The position numbers were made by a program, and so were the translations under genes. From a bacterium (GTDB lineage: Bacteria; Electryoneota; JAOADG01), in NCBI GenBank assembly GCA_963681965.1, contig OY820579.1, positions 4,064,001 through 4,128,000 on the forward strand: a stretch of DNA of 64,000 nt, read 5' to 3'. The notes under the pieces were generated by a model. The model ran no database searches and had not been told where the DNA came from. It saw only the letters and a program-made list of their open reading frames with translations. Shown piece by piece: positions 9,220-20,200 of the stretch. Within the stretch, counting starts at the first letter, position 1. The number at the start of each line of letters is the position of its first letter.

Positions 9220-10155
9220 TTACCCCTTCTTATTCCAATCCATCAATCGCGCCGGATTGCCAATCACAGTCGAACCTGCCGGCACATCGCTGAATGCCGC
9301 AGCCGACATCGTCAAGCGCGCTTTGTCGCCAACGGAAGTACTATTCAAAATGCTGCTTCCCGGTGCCAGCCAGACGTTATTGCCGATTTTCGCACTACCG
9401 CAAATAATCGTGTGGGTAATAATCATGCAGTTTTCGCCGATCGTGGAGCCGTGACCGATGTGAACTTGATCGGATACTTTTGTGTATCTGCCAACCACAG
9501 TATCGGTTAATGCACCTTTATCGATACAGACGTTTGAATCGATCTCCACCCCTTCGTGAATAATGACTTTTCCGACTTGCGGAAATCGCCAGTACCGATC
9601 GTTTTCGTCAATCTCAAATCCAAATCCGGTCGCCCCGATCGTACAATTGGCGCCGATTACCACATCTTTCGCGATGCGTGCGTTTGCGATGCAGGTATTC
9701 GGTCCGATCACAACATTCTCGGCGATTTCAACATTCGATCCAATCACAACCCCGTAACTTAATACAACACTCGGGTGAATTTTGGCATCCGGTGCAATCG
9801 GCGATTCGCCCGGCTTCGGCCAAACCGGATGGAGTAAATCGCTGAAATATTTATTCGCAATCCGGGTAAACGCGAGTCGCGGAATTGGAACGATTACAGC
9901 AACTGCATGTTCCGGCGGCGTATCGGCACTCACATCTTTCGGTGCGATCAACAAACTTCCGCGATAGTTTCGGTAACGATCAGGGGTATTCGTATAGGAT
10001 TTTCCCGACATCCAAGACATGTCGCCGGTCTGTGCGCTTTGATCGACTACTAAGCATTTGATATCGACATCCATCAATGCCGGATCGGAACAATGAACTG
10101 TTTGAGCCTGACCAATTTCAGTTAGAAAATCGATAAGTGTGCGCACTGTCGGCAT
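9220..10155 (-). CDS. LpxD-like hexapeptide-repeat N-acyltransferase
   Basis: GFGFE...FPQVGKVIIHEGVEID..VCIDKGALTDTVVG..TKV..QVHIGHG; left-handed beta-helix repeats. Confidence 0.82.
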   Translation of the reverse strand: MPTVRTLIDFLTEIGQAQTVHCSDPALMDVDIKCLVVDQSAQTGDMSWMSGKSYTNTPDRYRNYRGSLLIAPKDVSADTPPEHAVAVIVPIPRLAFTRIANKYFSDLLHPVWPKPGESPIAPDAKIHPSVVLSYGVVIGSNVEIAENVVIGPNTCIANARIAKDVVIGANCTIGATGFGFEIDENDRYWRFPQVGKVIIHEGVEIDSNVCIDKGALTDTVVGRYTKVSDQVHIGHGSTIGENCMIITHTIICGSAKIGNNVWLAPGSSILNSTSVGDKARLTMSAAAFSDVPAGSTVIGNPARLMDWNKKG

Positions 10156-10177
10156 GATTTACTCCGGATGGTTTGAG

Positions 10178-11452
10178 TTAATACTTGACATTCACCCATC
10201 GTACTAGATCGTGAATCAGAAATTTACCGTCCCAGGGATAATCGTGAACATTCATCAGTCCCGGACGGACGCATCGCACTGCACCTTGAATCGTAGCCGC
10301 TTCGGCGAATTCCAATGCTTCCGTTGCATCGTCGAATGCGATGCCAATGGTCTGCACTTTCGCGGTAATCAATGGAATGATCTCATGCCACGATGCCACT
10401 TCCGTCAAATAGAGAGTTCGCGATTGAATCGCTTCTTTCAATTCGACTTGGTCATCCAGAAGAATCGTCCAGTTGGCACCATCGTCGGACGCGATCACGT
10501 CACGTTTCGGATCGAGCGCATATTCGGCGCGGATATTCACAATTTGAATGGTGGTATAGAAATCCAAATCCGGTTTGGGTGGAAGCCGTTTGAATGCGGC
10601 GGCAAATTGCTCGGCAATTTCACGAAGAGTATAAGCAGAGTTCCGCTCAATGAAAACAATCTGCGGCGAAGAACAGCCACGCTGATCGAAGATCGCCGCA
10701 TCACGCACGAATGCAGTGATCGTTGATGATAGATTGGTCTTCGCTTCGATGTGAGTCCGGGAAATCACGCCAAAAGAATATTTCGGACCGAAAACGAGCT
10801 CTTTGCAATGCTCGCGACGCGGCAACCCGGTGATCCCTTTGATCGCCTGCTCCCCGCCCCACATGACTTTCGCGTCGGCGGCGAGCGACAACTCTTCATT
10901 GACTTCGCGATCGCGATAATCGAACCAGATCGTGGCAAAGCATTTCGTCATGTCACTACCGTCGACTCCTGCTACTCTAATCCGAGCCATCAAGCTCAAA
11001 ATATTCCGCATTTCTTCGGCATTCTCGTCGGCTAGTTTCATCACTACGCAATTTTTGGTCAATAACGCCGGTATCAAAGAAAATAGCGGCAATGTCACGA
11101 CATTACCCGCCATCCACATCCCGACCAGACCCATTGGTTTTGCCGAAAGAAAATTCCGCGATCCGATTTCGATGAATTCATCCAACACATTCAATGGATT
11201 TCCGAGACTGCGATGGAGTATTTCTTCAAGATGTTTACGGCGCAACCAGGTCGATAGAAATAACACCCCTTCGATTCGTTGTGTTGAGGGATCCTTCACC
11301 AATTGATCGCCTAGTTGATCGAAATACGCCAATAGATCGGCGATTTTCCTGGTCTGGAGATACTGTTTGTGTTGATCGATATCTGTAAGAATCGTCTGCA
11401 AATTCTCGTAGGATACGATCGAACCGTCGGAGCGAAAATGCTGAATACGCAT
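10178..11452 (-). CDS. Acyl-CoA/acyl-protein reductase, LuxC family
   Basis: P.GLV...AGNV, WGGEQAI, FGPKYSF, FDQRGCSSP motifs; ATG 11452 follows the luxE-like stop. Confidence 0.85.
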   Translation of the reverse strand: MRIQHFRSDGSIVSYENLQTILTDIDQHKQYLQTRKIADLLAYFDQLGDQLVKDPSTQRIEGVLFLSTWLRRKHLEEILHRSLGNPLNVLDEFIEIGSRNFLSAKPMGLVGMWMAGNVVTLPLFSLIPALLTKNCVVMKLADENAEEMRNILSLMARIRVAGVDGSDMTKCFATIWFDYRDREVNEELSLAADAKVMWGGEQAIKGITGLPRREHCKELVFGPKYSFGVISRTHIEAKTNLSSTITAFVRDAAIFDQRGCSSPQIVFIERNSAYTLREIAEQFAAAFKRLPPKPDLDFYTTIQIVNIRAEYALDPKRDVIASDDGANWTILLDDQVELKEAIQSRTLYLTEVASWHEIIPLITAKVQTIGIAFDDATEALEFAEAATIQGAVRCVRPGLMNVHDYPWDGKFLIHDLVRWVNVKY

Positions 11453-11454
11453 GG

Positions 11455-12600
11455 TTAGATCTCCCTCGTCTGTGCGAAGGTATCGCCACACCCGCGCAGT
11501 TCAACGCGCTCGATCCGTTGCGAAAACCGGAAGTATTTTCCTTTTGCTCCACAAGGACAATCATCAATTCCCAGCAATACTCCCCGGTCTTCGGTGATCA
11601 ACGCCTGACCCGGATAACTATTGGGGAGAAGACTGACGATCTCGATGATTCCCTCTTCACCGATTCCGACTTCTGTCAAAGTATGCGCACGCCGCAAAAT
11701 GATATCGGCGAATGCCGGTGCATGTTTGTTGCCTGCCTTGCAATCAACGAAAACAGTACCGAGCTGTTCCGCCATTCCGTAAAAATCCAACACCTTTTCC
11801 GATGGACAACCAATCGTCTCACTGGCTATTTCGTTGAATTCCGACTTTGTGACAGCTTGCGATTGCAATTTCTTCCAACCGCCGGAATGCAGCATAATCG
11901 CCTTCTCCGCCTGATACTTGATGCCTTGTGCATGAGCCAATTTCAAGAAATTCGACCAGACCATGAAGGTGAATCCAAACAACAACACGTCGCGATTCGC
12001 CGATTGAGCATCGGTGAAAAAGCGATCGATCGCAACCCAATCCGGTTCGAGGTTTCCATTCGGTTTCAATTTCAGCGCATATACCGTTTCACTGGCAAAG
12101 TTCGCTACCCCGCGAATCCCCGCGCTCCGCGCCGAAAACTGATCTTGACTTCCGGCGGATTCAATACTGTCGATCACCAGCAGTGGGCGTTTGTGATTGC
12201 CAAGATGCTCTTTCAAGATCGACACCAAGGCGCGTGTTTGTCGAAAACTGGTCGTTTTATCGATGAAGATTCGACTCGAGTGTTGTCCTGTGGTTGCGGA
12301 TGAGGTTAATTCGCGAATGATTTTTTCCGGTGGTACCGTCGTTAGTCGGTATTTTTTGAACATAGAGACGGGAAGCGGAGGGATCTCCAACAACGATTGC
12401 CACTGTTCGATCGGATGTCCGAGCCTTGTGAGAAACAGCCGATATTCGGGCGATGCATCTGCCATCCACTGGCATTGGGCTTGTAATAGCGGGAGTAATG
12501 TCTGTTCTTTTTCCGATTGCGGTGTGGAATATTGGCGGTTCTTGATTAATACTTCGATTTGCGCATCGAGCTGTGACCGGTCGGCAATTGCTGCATTCAT
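11455..12600 (-). CDS. Acyl-protein synthetase, LuxE family
   Basis: IPPLPVSMFK, LTSSATTG, FGFTFMVW, HSGGWKKL, FYGMAEQ, SYPG..LITED.G, ELRGCGD. Confidence 0.87.
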   Translation of the reverse strand: MNAAIADRSQLDAQIEVLIKNRQYSTPQSEKEQTLLPLLQAQCQWMADASPEYRLFLTRLGHPIEQWQSLLEIPPLPVSMFKKYRLTTVPPEKIIRELTSSATTGQHSSRIFIDKTTSFRQTRALVSILKEHLGNHKRPLLVIDSIESAGSQDQFSARSAGIRGVANFASETVYALKLKPNGNLEPDWVAIDRFFTDAQSANRDVLLFGFTFMVWSNFLKLAHAQGIKYQAEKAIMLHSGGWKKLQSQAVTKSEFNEIASETIGCPSEKVLDFYGMAEQLGTVFVDCKAGNKHAPAFADIILRRAHTLTEVGIGEEGIIEIVSLLPNSYPGQALITEDRGVLLGIDDCPCGAKGKYFRFSQRIERVELRGCGDTFAQTREI

Positions 12601-12616
12601 AACATGCCAATCTGGG

Positions 12617-12853
12617 TTAATGGATTCCCTTTGCTGCAAGGACTTCGAGAATTTTCGCGCCCGAGACCATTTCCATAATGTCGTCAAGTTCCAATTCGAT
12701 TCCGAATTCCGTTTGCAAAGCACCGACGAGTGAAATATGACCTAGCGAATCCCATCGGGTGACATCGTCGGGAACCGTCGATTCGGTGAATTTATCTGCC
12801 GGATAATCGAATAGTGATTGGAATATAGTCGCGACACGTTGCTTCGTGTTCAT
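12617..12853 (-). CDS. Acyl carrier protein
   Basis: 78 aa, acidic, WDSLGH phosphopantetheine motif. Confidence 0.88.
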   Translation of the reverse strand: MNTKQRVATIFQSLFDYPADKFTESTVPDDVTRWDSLGHISLVGALQTEFGIELELDDIMEMVSGAKILEVLAAKGIH

Positions 12854-12886
12854 TACATTACCTCATGGACGATGTGGCGATTTTTA

Positions 12887-13654
12887 TTACTGAAACATAC
12901 CACCGTCAAGTTCAAGTATTTTGCCGTTAAAGTAATCATTTTCGATACAAAACCCAATCCCGTGCGCGATTTCAGCAGGCGCTCCAAACCGTTTCAGCGC
13001 GATGGTATCCATCAGCGATTTTTTATAGGCATCGTTCAAATCTGCCGTCATCGCCGTCTCAATCGCGCCGGGAGCGATTGCACAACATCGGATTTGATAC
13101 GGTGCCAATTCCTTTGCCAGAGTATTCGTCAGCGATGCAACGCCCCCCTTACTCGCGGTATAGGCACTCTGTCCGGCAAAACCGTTCCGGGTAAACGAAC
13201 TGATATTGACGATGACACCCTTGATCCGTTTCTTCACCATAAGTTCAACGGCTGATTGGGCACATATGAAGTACGAAGTCAGATTGATATCGATGACTTC
13301 CTGCCAATCCGCCAGCGAGAATTTACTGATCCCTTTGAATGACACGCCGAACAATGCCCCCTGTTTCAGGATCCCGGCATTATTGATCAGTACATCGATT
13401 CCCGCAGCATTCGTGGCAAAAGTCGAAAAGGCATTGGCTATCGCTGCCGGATCGCGCAGATCGGTTGGTAATGCGACGATGCGATCCGATCCAAATGTTT
13501 CCGAAAAGTGTGAGACAGTTTCATCCAATCTGTCACCGGCAAGATCGATTACTCCGATCTTGGCAGCTCCGCGTTGCAGTAACATTTCGACGGTCGCATG
13601 TCCAATACCACCGGCACCACCCGTTACTATCGCTCGAATTCCTTGGATCTCCAT
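12887..13654 (-). CDS. SDR oxidoreductase, FabG-like 3-oxoacyl-ACP reductase
   Basis: TGGAGGIG, NNAG, NISS, YTASK, APGAIET. Confidence 0.85.
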   Translation of the reverse strand: MEIQGIRAIVTGGAGGIGHATVEMLLQRGAAKIGVIDLAGDRLDETVSHFSETFGSDRIVALPTDLRDPAAIANAFSTFATNAAGIDVLINNAGILKQGALFGVSFKGISKFSLADWQEVIDINLTSYFICAQSAVELMVKKRIKGVIVNISSFTRNGFAGQSAYTASKGGVASLTNTLAKELAPYQIRCCAIAPGAIETAMTADLNDAYKKSLMDTIALKRFGAPAEIAHGIGFCIENDYFNGKILELDGGMFQ

Positions 13655-13664
13655 AGCGCAATTC

Positions 13665-14069
13665 CTATCGATTTGCTTCCAATAATTCAATCAAACCGCA
13701 CGCTTCGCCCCACATAAAGATGATGCGTCGTCGATCGAATGCCGCTGCCGGATTGATTTTCGAAACCGCCACCAATTTTTGTCGTTTCATTTCGGAAATC
13801 GCTTCATCCAAGTTGTCGACTTCGTAACAGGTGTGGTACGGATTCGTTTTCACCCGTTTCACCCACCCCATTGCAGGACTGTCGTCACTCTGCGGTTCCA
13901 CCAATTCTAGCAGGGGTGAAGACGCATGATGCAATAAAACAATATTGGATTTTTGGCATGGATCGTCGAATCTCCCGATCGCTTCGTAACCGAGCGAATG
14001 GTAAAACGCAACGGTTTCACCGCTATTCGCCGTGACGATACCGACATGATGAAACCGGAATTCCTGCAT
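13665..14069 (-). CDS. VOC/glyoxalase family protein (methylmalonyl-CoA epimerase-like)
   Basis: FHHVGI, LELVEP, YHTCYEVDN, LIELLE metal-binding pattern. Confidence 0.82.
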   Translation of the reverse strand: MQEFRFHHVGIVTANSGETVAFYHSLGYEAIGRFDDPCQKSNIVLLHHASSPLLELVEPQSDDSPAMGWVKRVKTNPYHTCYEVDNLDEAISEMKRQKLVAVSKINPAAAFDRRRIIFMWGEACGLIELLEANR

Positions 14070-14114
14070 ACAAAAACTCACTCTCGCTTATCGATTCTTC
14101 AACCTAATATTGTC

Positions 14115-14214
14115 TCTTGAAAATAAGTTGTTATCGGTAGTAGGGGCGGGTCCCCGCGCTCGCCCGCAGGTCAGGCGAAGCCTGACACCGAATCATGACA
14201 ACTAATTTTCAAGA
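14115..14214 (+). mobile_element. 100-bp MITE/REPIN-like element, copy 1
   Basis: Ends TCTTGAAAATAAGTTGTTAT / ATGACAACTAATTTTCAAGA are inverted repeats; internal GTAGGGGCGG hairpin and GTCAGGC-GAA-GCCTGAC; three more copies in the window. Confidence 0.8.
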
Positions 14215-14223
14215 ACCACTATA

Positions 14224-15696
14224 TTATCGATCTGACAATTTATTGCGTTGAATCTTACCCGATTCGGTTTTCGGAATTGCATCGATCCATTGGTATAGTT
14301 TAGGAATTTGATACGACTCCAATCGCTCGTTCAGATACGCACCAATCTCGCCGAATTCGGGTTTGGTTGCAGTTTTCGGAACGAGAAATGCTTTGATCGC
14401 TTCACCGGTGAATCCATCCGGATCGGGAATTGCGATACAGGCACAATCCAATATCGCAGGATGCTGCTTGATCGCATCCTCGATCTCCACCGGACTCACT
14501 TTTTTACCGCCGACATTGATCAGATCTTTGGTTCTGCCTTGCAGATAATAGTAGCCGTCTTCAGTGACATATCCGGTATCCCCGGTTCGCAACCAGCCAT
14601 CGCTAAAAGTCTCGTCGCCGATCCCGATGTTGCCCCAGTACCCTTGCATTACATGTTTACCGCGAACGCACAGTTCCCCGATTGCACCCGGCGGTAGGAT
14701 CCTGCCCGAATCGTCGAGAATACCCAGTTCCGCTCCCGGACTGGCTTGACCGATCGAATCGAGTCGATCTTTCGCAGCATGGAATTCGATAAATGCCGAG
14801 CGCGACGCTTCGGTTAACCCGTAGTGCATACAGATCCGGGTATTCGGCAACAGCCGCATCAATCGAGTTTTATGTTCGAGCGGCATTGTCGAACTGCCGA
14901 TTTCGATATATCGAAGCTGATGGGCATATTCGCCCAATTTATCGCCGGTCAGATTGAATAATATCGCACATCCCGCCGGAACAAAGCAGAAACCGGTCGC
15001 GTGATAGCGATCCATCAAATTGAAGAGTTCCTTCGCGAACATAAAGCCATTCGCTTGAACAAACGTACCACCCCGCGACAAGACACAGCGTAACCGACCA
15101 AGACCGAATGAATGATAAAGTGGCAACGGCATTACTTCGCAATCGTCGCTGCCGTTTCCAATAAATCGATTGATATTGTTGGCTGCCGCAATCAGATTAT
15201 TGTGCGACAGCATCACCCCTTTCGGGATGCCAGACGTGCCGGTGGTGAACAGAATATCCGCGGTTTGTTCAGGTGTCGGGAAAGACATTGCCGTCGAAAT
15301 GTGTTGACTGCTCGGTAGCAAGTCTTCGAACAGAATCGCATTCGGTTCTGCCGGAACGGCTTTATGATAAATCGAACGGCTCGGAGATACGATTGTTTCG
15401 ATTTGCGTCCGCTTCTCATGCGGAAGTTGAGGATCGAGTGGAACCGCAATCGCGCCAATCCGATGAATGGCGAAATAGGTCGGAATGAAACCGGATGAGT
15501 ATCCTGCCGATAGGGTTACCCGATCGCCGGGACAAACACCGAATTCCTGTAGCGATTGCGCAACCCGATCGACCTGTTCCGTTAACATTCGGTAGGACAA
15601 AACATGCTCGCCGATTACCACTGCGGTTTTGTCCGGAGTGTTTTCGGCATTGCGGAAGATTTGCTCGACAATCGATGGATTACAATTCTGTGACAC
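14224..15696 (-). CDS. AMP-binding acyl-CoA/acyl-ACP ligase (start uncertain; ORF open to 15798)
   Basis: FTTGTSGIPKG, YGLTE, GWLRTGD, GRTKDLINVGG, PKTESGKIQR. Confidence 0.88.
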   Translation of the reverse strand: MSQNCNPSIVEQIFRNAENTPDKTAVVIGEHVLSYRMLTEQVDRVAQSLQEFGVCPGDRVTLSAGYSSGFIPTYFAIHRIGAIAVPLDPQLPHEKRTQIETIVSPSRSIYHKAVPAEPNAILFEDLLPSSQHISTAMSFPTPEQTADILFTTGTSGIPKGVMLSHNNLIAAANNINRFIGNGSDDCEVMPLPLYHSFGLGRLRCVLSRGGTFVQANGFMFAKELFNLMDRYHATGFCFVPAGCAILFNLTGDKLGEYAHQLRYIEIGSSTMPLEHKTRLMRLLPNTRICMHYGLTEASRSAFIEFHAAKDRLDSIGQASPGAELGILDDSGRILPPGAIGELCVRGKHVMQGYWGNIGIGDETFSDGWLRTGDTGYVTEDGYYYLQGRTKDLINVGGKKVSPVEIEDAIKQHPAILDCACIAIPDPDGFTGEAIKAFLVPKTATKPEFGEIGAYLNERLESYQIPKLYQWIDAIPKTESGKIQRNKLSDR

Positions 15697-15846
15697 GATT
15701 GTTACCCACTCATTATGCGGTAATGCCAGCTCTGAAGCTTGCTTTGGTGAACGAATTTCGTATCGGCAATCACGGTAGTGGAAAGTAGAATTACCCAAAA
15801 AAGATAACCGGAGTGCTGCGGAATTGCAACTTAAATGACCGTGGAA

Positions 15847-17166
15847 TTAGGAAATAGTGGATTGCAACTCAAGTTTTTCTTTGCGATAAAGACGCCAGAG
15901 GAAGAAGTAGCAAATTCCCAGATAGACCACCCGCCCAATCACTTGGCACTGTGGGAACATCGCCAGATAGACGCCGTGACGCGCACGCAGAATGATTGTG
16001 ATATAAGTGACACTCAATCCGGAGATAATGGCAATAAGCGATAAATCTTGACGTTTCACCACATTGAAAACGTGGGTTAGCGGCTGAAAGCTGGAAACTA
16101 GGATTGTGATCAACGTCCACTGTGCTGCAGGGATGGCATCGACATAATTCGGTAGAACGTAGTGAACAAGGGGTGGCAAGACATACCATCCAATCACCGC
16201 CATCGGGATCGTCATCATGAACATATAGGGCACTACTTTCAAGCCCATGATAATAATTTCCCTGACTTTCCCGTTCTTACCGTATCGTTCGGACATTCGC
16301 GGAAACAGCATAAAACCGACCCATTGGGTAACGTATAGCGCTTGCCACATATTCGTTGCCAACGCATACTTACCGAACGATTCCACCGATGTGTACAATA
16401 AGATTGTGGTGCCCAGAAAAGTCGAATTCCACCACTCGTATAGGATATCCACCGAAAAAATGGGAAAACCGATTTTCAATAAGTGTAGAAAGTGTGTTTT
16501 ATTCCACTTCGGTTTTACTTTAATTGGACGCCAATGCCACAGCAGCAAGAGTTGCGCAGCACCAGTCAATACCGCCCGGATACACAATCCGTAGAAATTG
16601 AAATAGAAGACAAAGATTGTTAGTGCAAGCAGAATACTGCTTTGAATCGAACTCACCATCGCCAGTCGTGCAAAATCGTGACTGGTGCGGTATGTCATGG
16701 TCAGATATAGTTGTCCATAAAAGAAGGAGAAAGCAACAAGGGTATTCGTGAACCAGCCGATTGCAACCTGATATTCCCCTTTGAAAACATGCCACATTGC
16801 AATCACAAACATCACAAACGACACTGTCGACCCAACGATCAGTGTCCACGCTTGTGCTGCCGCAGTCAGTTCGTAAACCCGCTTCGTATCGCCTTTACCG
16901 GCATAATATGGGATTTCGCGGTTCAGACCGTTTAAAATACCGAATTGAAGAAAAGTCGAGTAAGACATGCCGAGTTGATTGATACTATTGAATAGTCCAA
17001 GCACCTTCGGCAGGGCAATCATGGTGGTGACAAATTGAGCAGCAAGACGGACAAACATCGAAAAGATGTTACCGCTAATAAACAAAGCCGCGATTTTCCC
17101 AAACGAGCGTGGCTTTGGTGGTTCCGCAGAATTCTTATTTTCAGGACTTAAATTCATATTTTCCAA
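15847..17166 (-). CDS. Oligosaccharide flippase (Wzx/MOP family)
   Basis: Many hydrophobic helices; FGILNGLNREIPYY.G loop after TM2; adjacent to the acyl-modification cluster. Confidence 0.75.
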   Translation of the reverse strand: MENMNLSPENKNSAEPPKPRSFGKIAALFISGNIFSMFVRLAAQFVTTMIALPKVLGLFNSINQLGMSYSTFLQFGILNGLNREIPYYAGKGDTKRVYELTAAAQAWTLIVGSTVSFVMFVIAMWHVFKGEYQVAIGWFTNTLVAFSFFYGQLYLTMTYRTSHDFARLAMVSSIQSSILLALTIFVFYFNFYGLCIRAVLTGAAQLLLLWHWRPIKVKPKWNKTHFLHLLKIGFPIFSVDILYEWWNSTFLGTTILLYTSVESFGKYALATNMWQALYVTQWVGFMLFPRMSERYGKNGKVREIIIMGLKVVPYMFMMTIPMAVIGWYVLPPLVHYVLPNYVDAIPAAQWTLITILVSSFQPLTHVFNVVKRQDLSLIAIISGLSVTYITIILRARHGVYLAMFPQCQVIGRVVYLGICYFFLWRLYRKEKLELQSTIS

Positions 17167-17242
17167 TGACTGAACAATATTAGTTCTAGCTTAAGCATTC
17201 GATAGTACTAAATTCAGCGAAGACATGCAAATGTATATACCG

Positions 17243-17276
17243 AAAAAAAACGCCCATAGTTTCCCATGGGCGTTTT
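17243..17276 (-). terminator. Terminator of the giant secreted protein gene
   Basis: A8-CGCCCAT-loop-ATGGGCGTTTT. Confidence 0.78.
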
Positions 17277-17298
17277 CCTATTCTTGTGAAGACGAATA

Positions 17299-20200
17299 CT
17301 ACTTCACCATCACCATCTTCTTGATCGAAGTAAACGATCCGCTTTCGATGCGATAGAAATACACACCGGTTGCGAGTGCGTTACCCCGGAACCGAACCGA
17401 ATGGTAACCTGCGGGCAAATAGTTGTTCACCAACGTTGCAACTTGCTGTCCAAGAGCGTTGTAGATCGTCAACTTCGTCAGTCCAGCCTTCTTCAGGTCG
17501 AATCGGATTTCAGTTGAAGGATTGAACGGGTTTGGATAGTTCTGATGCAACTTGTATTCAAGCGGTAGCTTACTATTCTCAGCGACCGCTGTTCTGGTAA
17601 CAAGTATTGTAACCGGAATGGTCACGGTAGTACAAGCGTTCGAAGTAAATACGATATTCGCAGCCAGAGTCGTTCCTTCTGCAATCGTATCCGCTGCAAA
17701 CATAGTCACGCCAACTTCCAACAACTGACCTTCGCCTACATCAGCCGAGGATGGGCTAACGCGGACGTAGTCGTAGAAGCTGTTCAGATTGAATTCGACG
17801 CAATAATCGGTTAAACCGCTAACGAAAACTGTTGAGTCGAATACATTGATTCCACCGGCGCCTTCGTTGTCGATACCGGCGACATATGGAATACCGGAGG
17901 TCGGAGCCAGCGTTCCAAGAGACTGGTACTGAATCTTCACCAAACCGTTCTGATAGAGAACGATTTCGAAGGTCTTGCTGTACGCGGCATTGTCCCGATA
18001 TGTCGAGTTGTAATAACGAACGTTGTTGAACTGAACCACCATACGGTTCGGATTCGACAACATCTGGTAGTAGTAGTGCGATGTACCAACTACGTGGTAA
18101 TTATCGAATTTGAACGGACCAATCTGATAGTAATTCGATGGAAGTGCTCCGTAATACGCGCAGTTATAACCGTAGCCACGGAACGTCAAGAAGCCATTCG
18201 CCGATACATAGATGGAGTCGAAGTTCTGACCATAGAACGGCATTGTAAAGCCGATCGGAATCGAGTTCGTCCAACCGTCGTCATCGCTGCCGTTGAAGTT
18301 GGTGATTTCGGTACCGGTCGTGGCAATATCTTCCCAGTTGTAGGACGCGCCACCACCGTTATTGTCGCGAGCGACATAACCGGCGGAGTCGGCATTCCAG
18401 AAATTATCGGTCGGAGAAGTCATAACCGGTGTATTTGCTCTTACCCACTGAGCGTACGCTTCCTTCTCAGCCGGAGTACCATGAACCGGAATAGGAGGAT
18501 TGCGTGGATCGGGAGTAATCGGATTCAATTGATTACGCGGACGAACACGCATCGTACCATCGGTCGGATACGTCACGTTCGCAGCAAATGACAACTGATA
18601 GTCGCCGGTGTTGCGCAACACGATCGTCTGTGCCGTCGAATCTCCTGGTGCGATTGCACATTCGATCGAAGACAAATCGGTAGTGATTTGCGGTGCACCG
18701 AGAACATCGTTGAAGTCGACAGTGTCGGTACCGCTGATTTCGTAGTTTACATACGAAATAATCGGGTACATACACGGTTTTTGAATCGTGATGTTGTAGG
18801 ATCCGGACGGAACTAACAAGTTCCAGATACCGTCGGCATCGGTGGTTGTGGTCCATGCGCCATTGTGAATATTAATCTCGGCGCCTTCGACTGGATCGTC
18901 GTTCAAACGGTGTACGATACCGTTAAGTGGTACTACCGTCGGAGCTTCGACCATTACGTTGTCGACGAATAAATACGGACCGCCGCGATTGTGCGAAATG
19001 AAACCAAGCTGAACCGATGCTTGACCCACTGCTTCACCGGGCATCCAGATTTCGCCATGACCCCAATTTGCTACCGCAGCCGGAGGAACTGTAGCAGTTC
19101 CGCCAGTACCGGGAACAACACGAAGATTGCGAGTCGTGTCGGTAGTATTGCCGTTACGTGACCAAACCAATGAACGAGTGGTCATACCGTCAAGTGAATA
19201 AACGACATCGAGCGTATCGGGAGTCGTATAGGTGCGATTGAAATAATACCAATCGAATGTCACTTTAACGATTGTCGCGCCGGTCGTTACAAACGGCGGT
19301 GTCCACAATTCGTCGATCTGTCCCGAAGCCGGGGTGTAGTTGCTGAACGTTAACAGGGCGGAATTCACACCGCCGGAGCTGTAACGCGACCATGTCGTCA
19401 GGTTGTCGGCGTTGACACGCGTCCAATCTGCCGGTGGGAATAACGGTTGTTCGAAATCCTGGCTGAATGGCAACGAGAATGCCCCTTGGGTCGTAAATGT
19501 GGCTGCGCCGGAGAAGGCGGTTTCAACATTTGCGCCGTTGCGAGCAACGATGCGAACCGAGTCATCCGAGGTTGGTGCAAGACCACTGAACGACGGGGTT
19601 CCCCATTGTGTCAGTGTACGCCAGACGGGATCGGCACCAAGGAAGCCGTTCAACTGAACATACTGATCGTTCACGGCGATCGCATATTCAGTATATGCCG
19701 GATTAGGATTGGTTTCGTTGTTGTTAATCGTGATCGTTGCCGACGTGATTCCGATTGTCGTAACCGTCGGAACTGCCGGAACGGAAGCTAATGTCCATGT
19801 GTCGAGTGTGGCATAGTCAGTCGAAATGACGGTACCGGCTGCCGCGGCGACATGGTAGTAATAATGAGTGTTGACCGACAGATCGTTGTCAGTCCAGGTC
19901 TGTGCATTCGCGGCAGCAGTGCCAACGGTTGCATAGGCTGAATCGACTAACGAACGGGTAATCGAAAATCCGGTTTCAGTCGTCGATCGATCGTGCCAGC
20001 GTAGCTGAATCGAAGAAATCGTGATCGTTCCAGCCAGTAAGCTGTCCGGAGAAACCGGAGCAAGACCGGTACCAGTCGTAAACGACCAGATTGGACCCGG
20101 ATTGGAAGTTGCACCATTGTGTGCGATCACTTGCCAGTAATACTGCGTATTGGCGGCGAAGTTGCTGCCAATCGTGAAACTAGTGGCGGTGATATCGGTA

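Noticed and set aside
10178-12600. Bioluminescence lux operon
   Set aside because: No luxA/B/D/G; the context is ACP, acyltransferase and flippase
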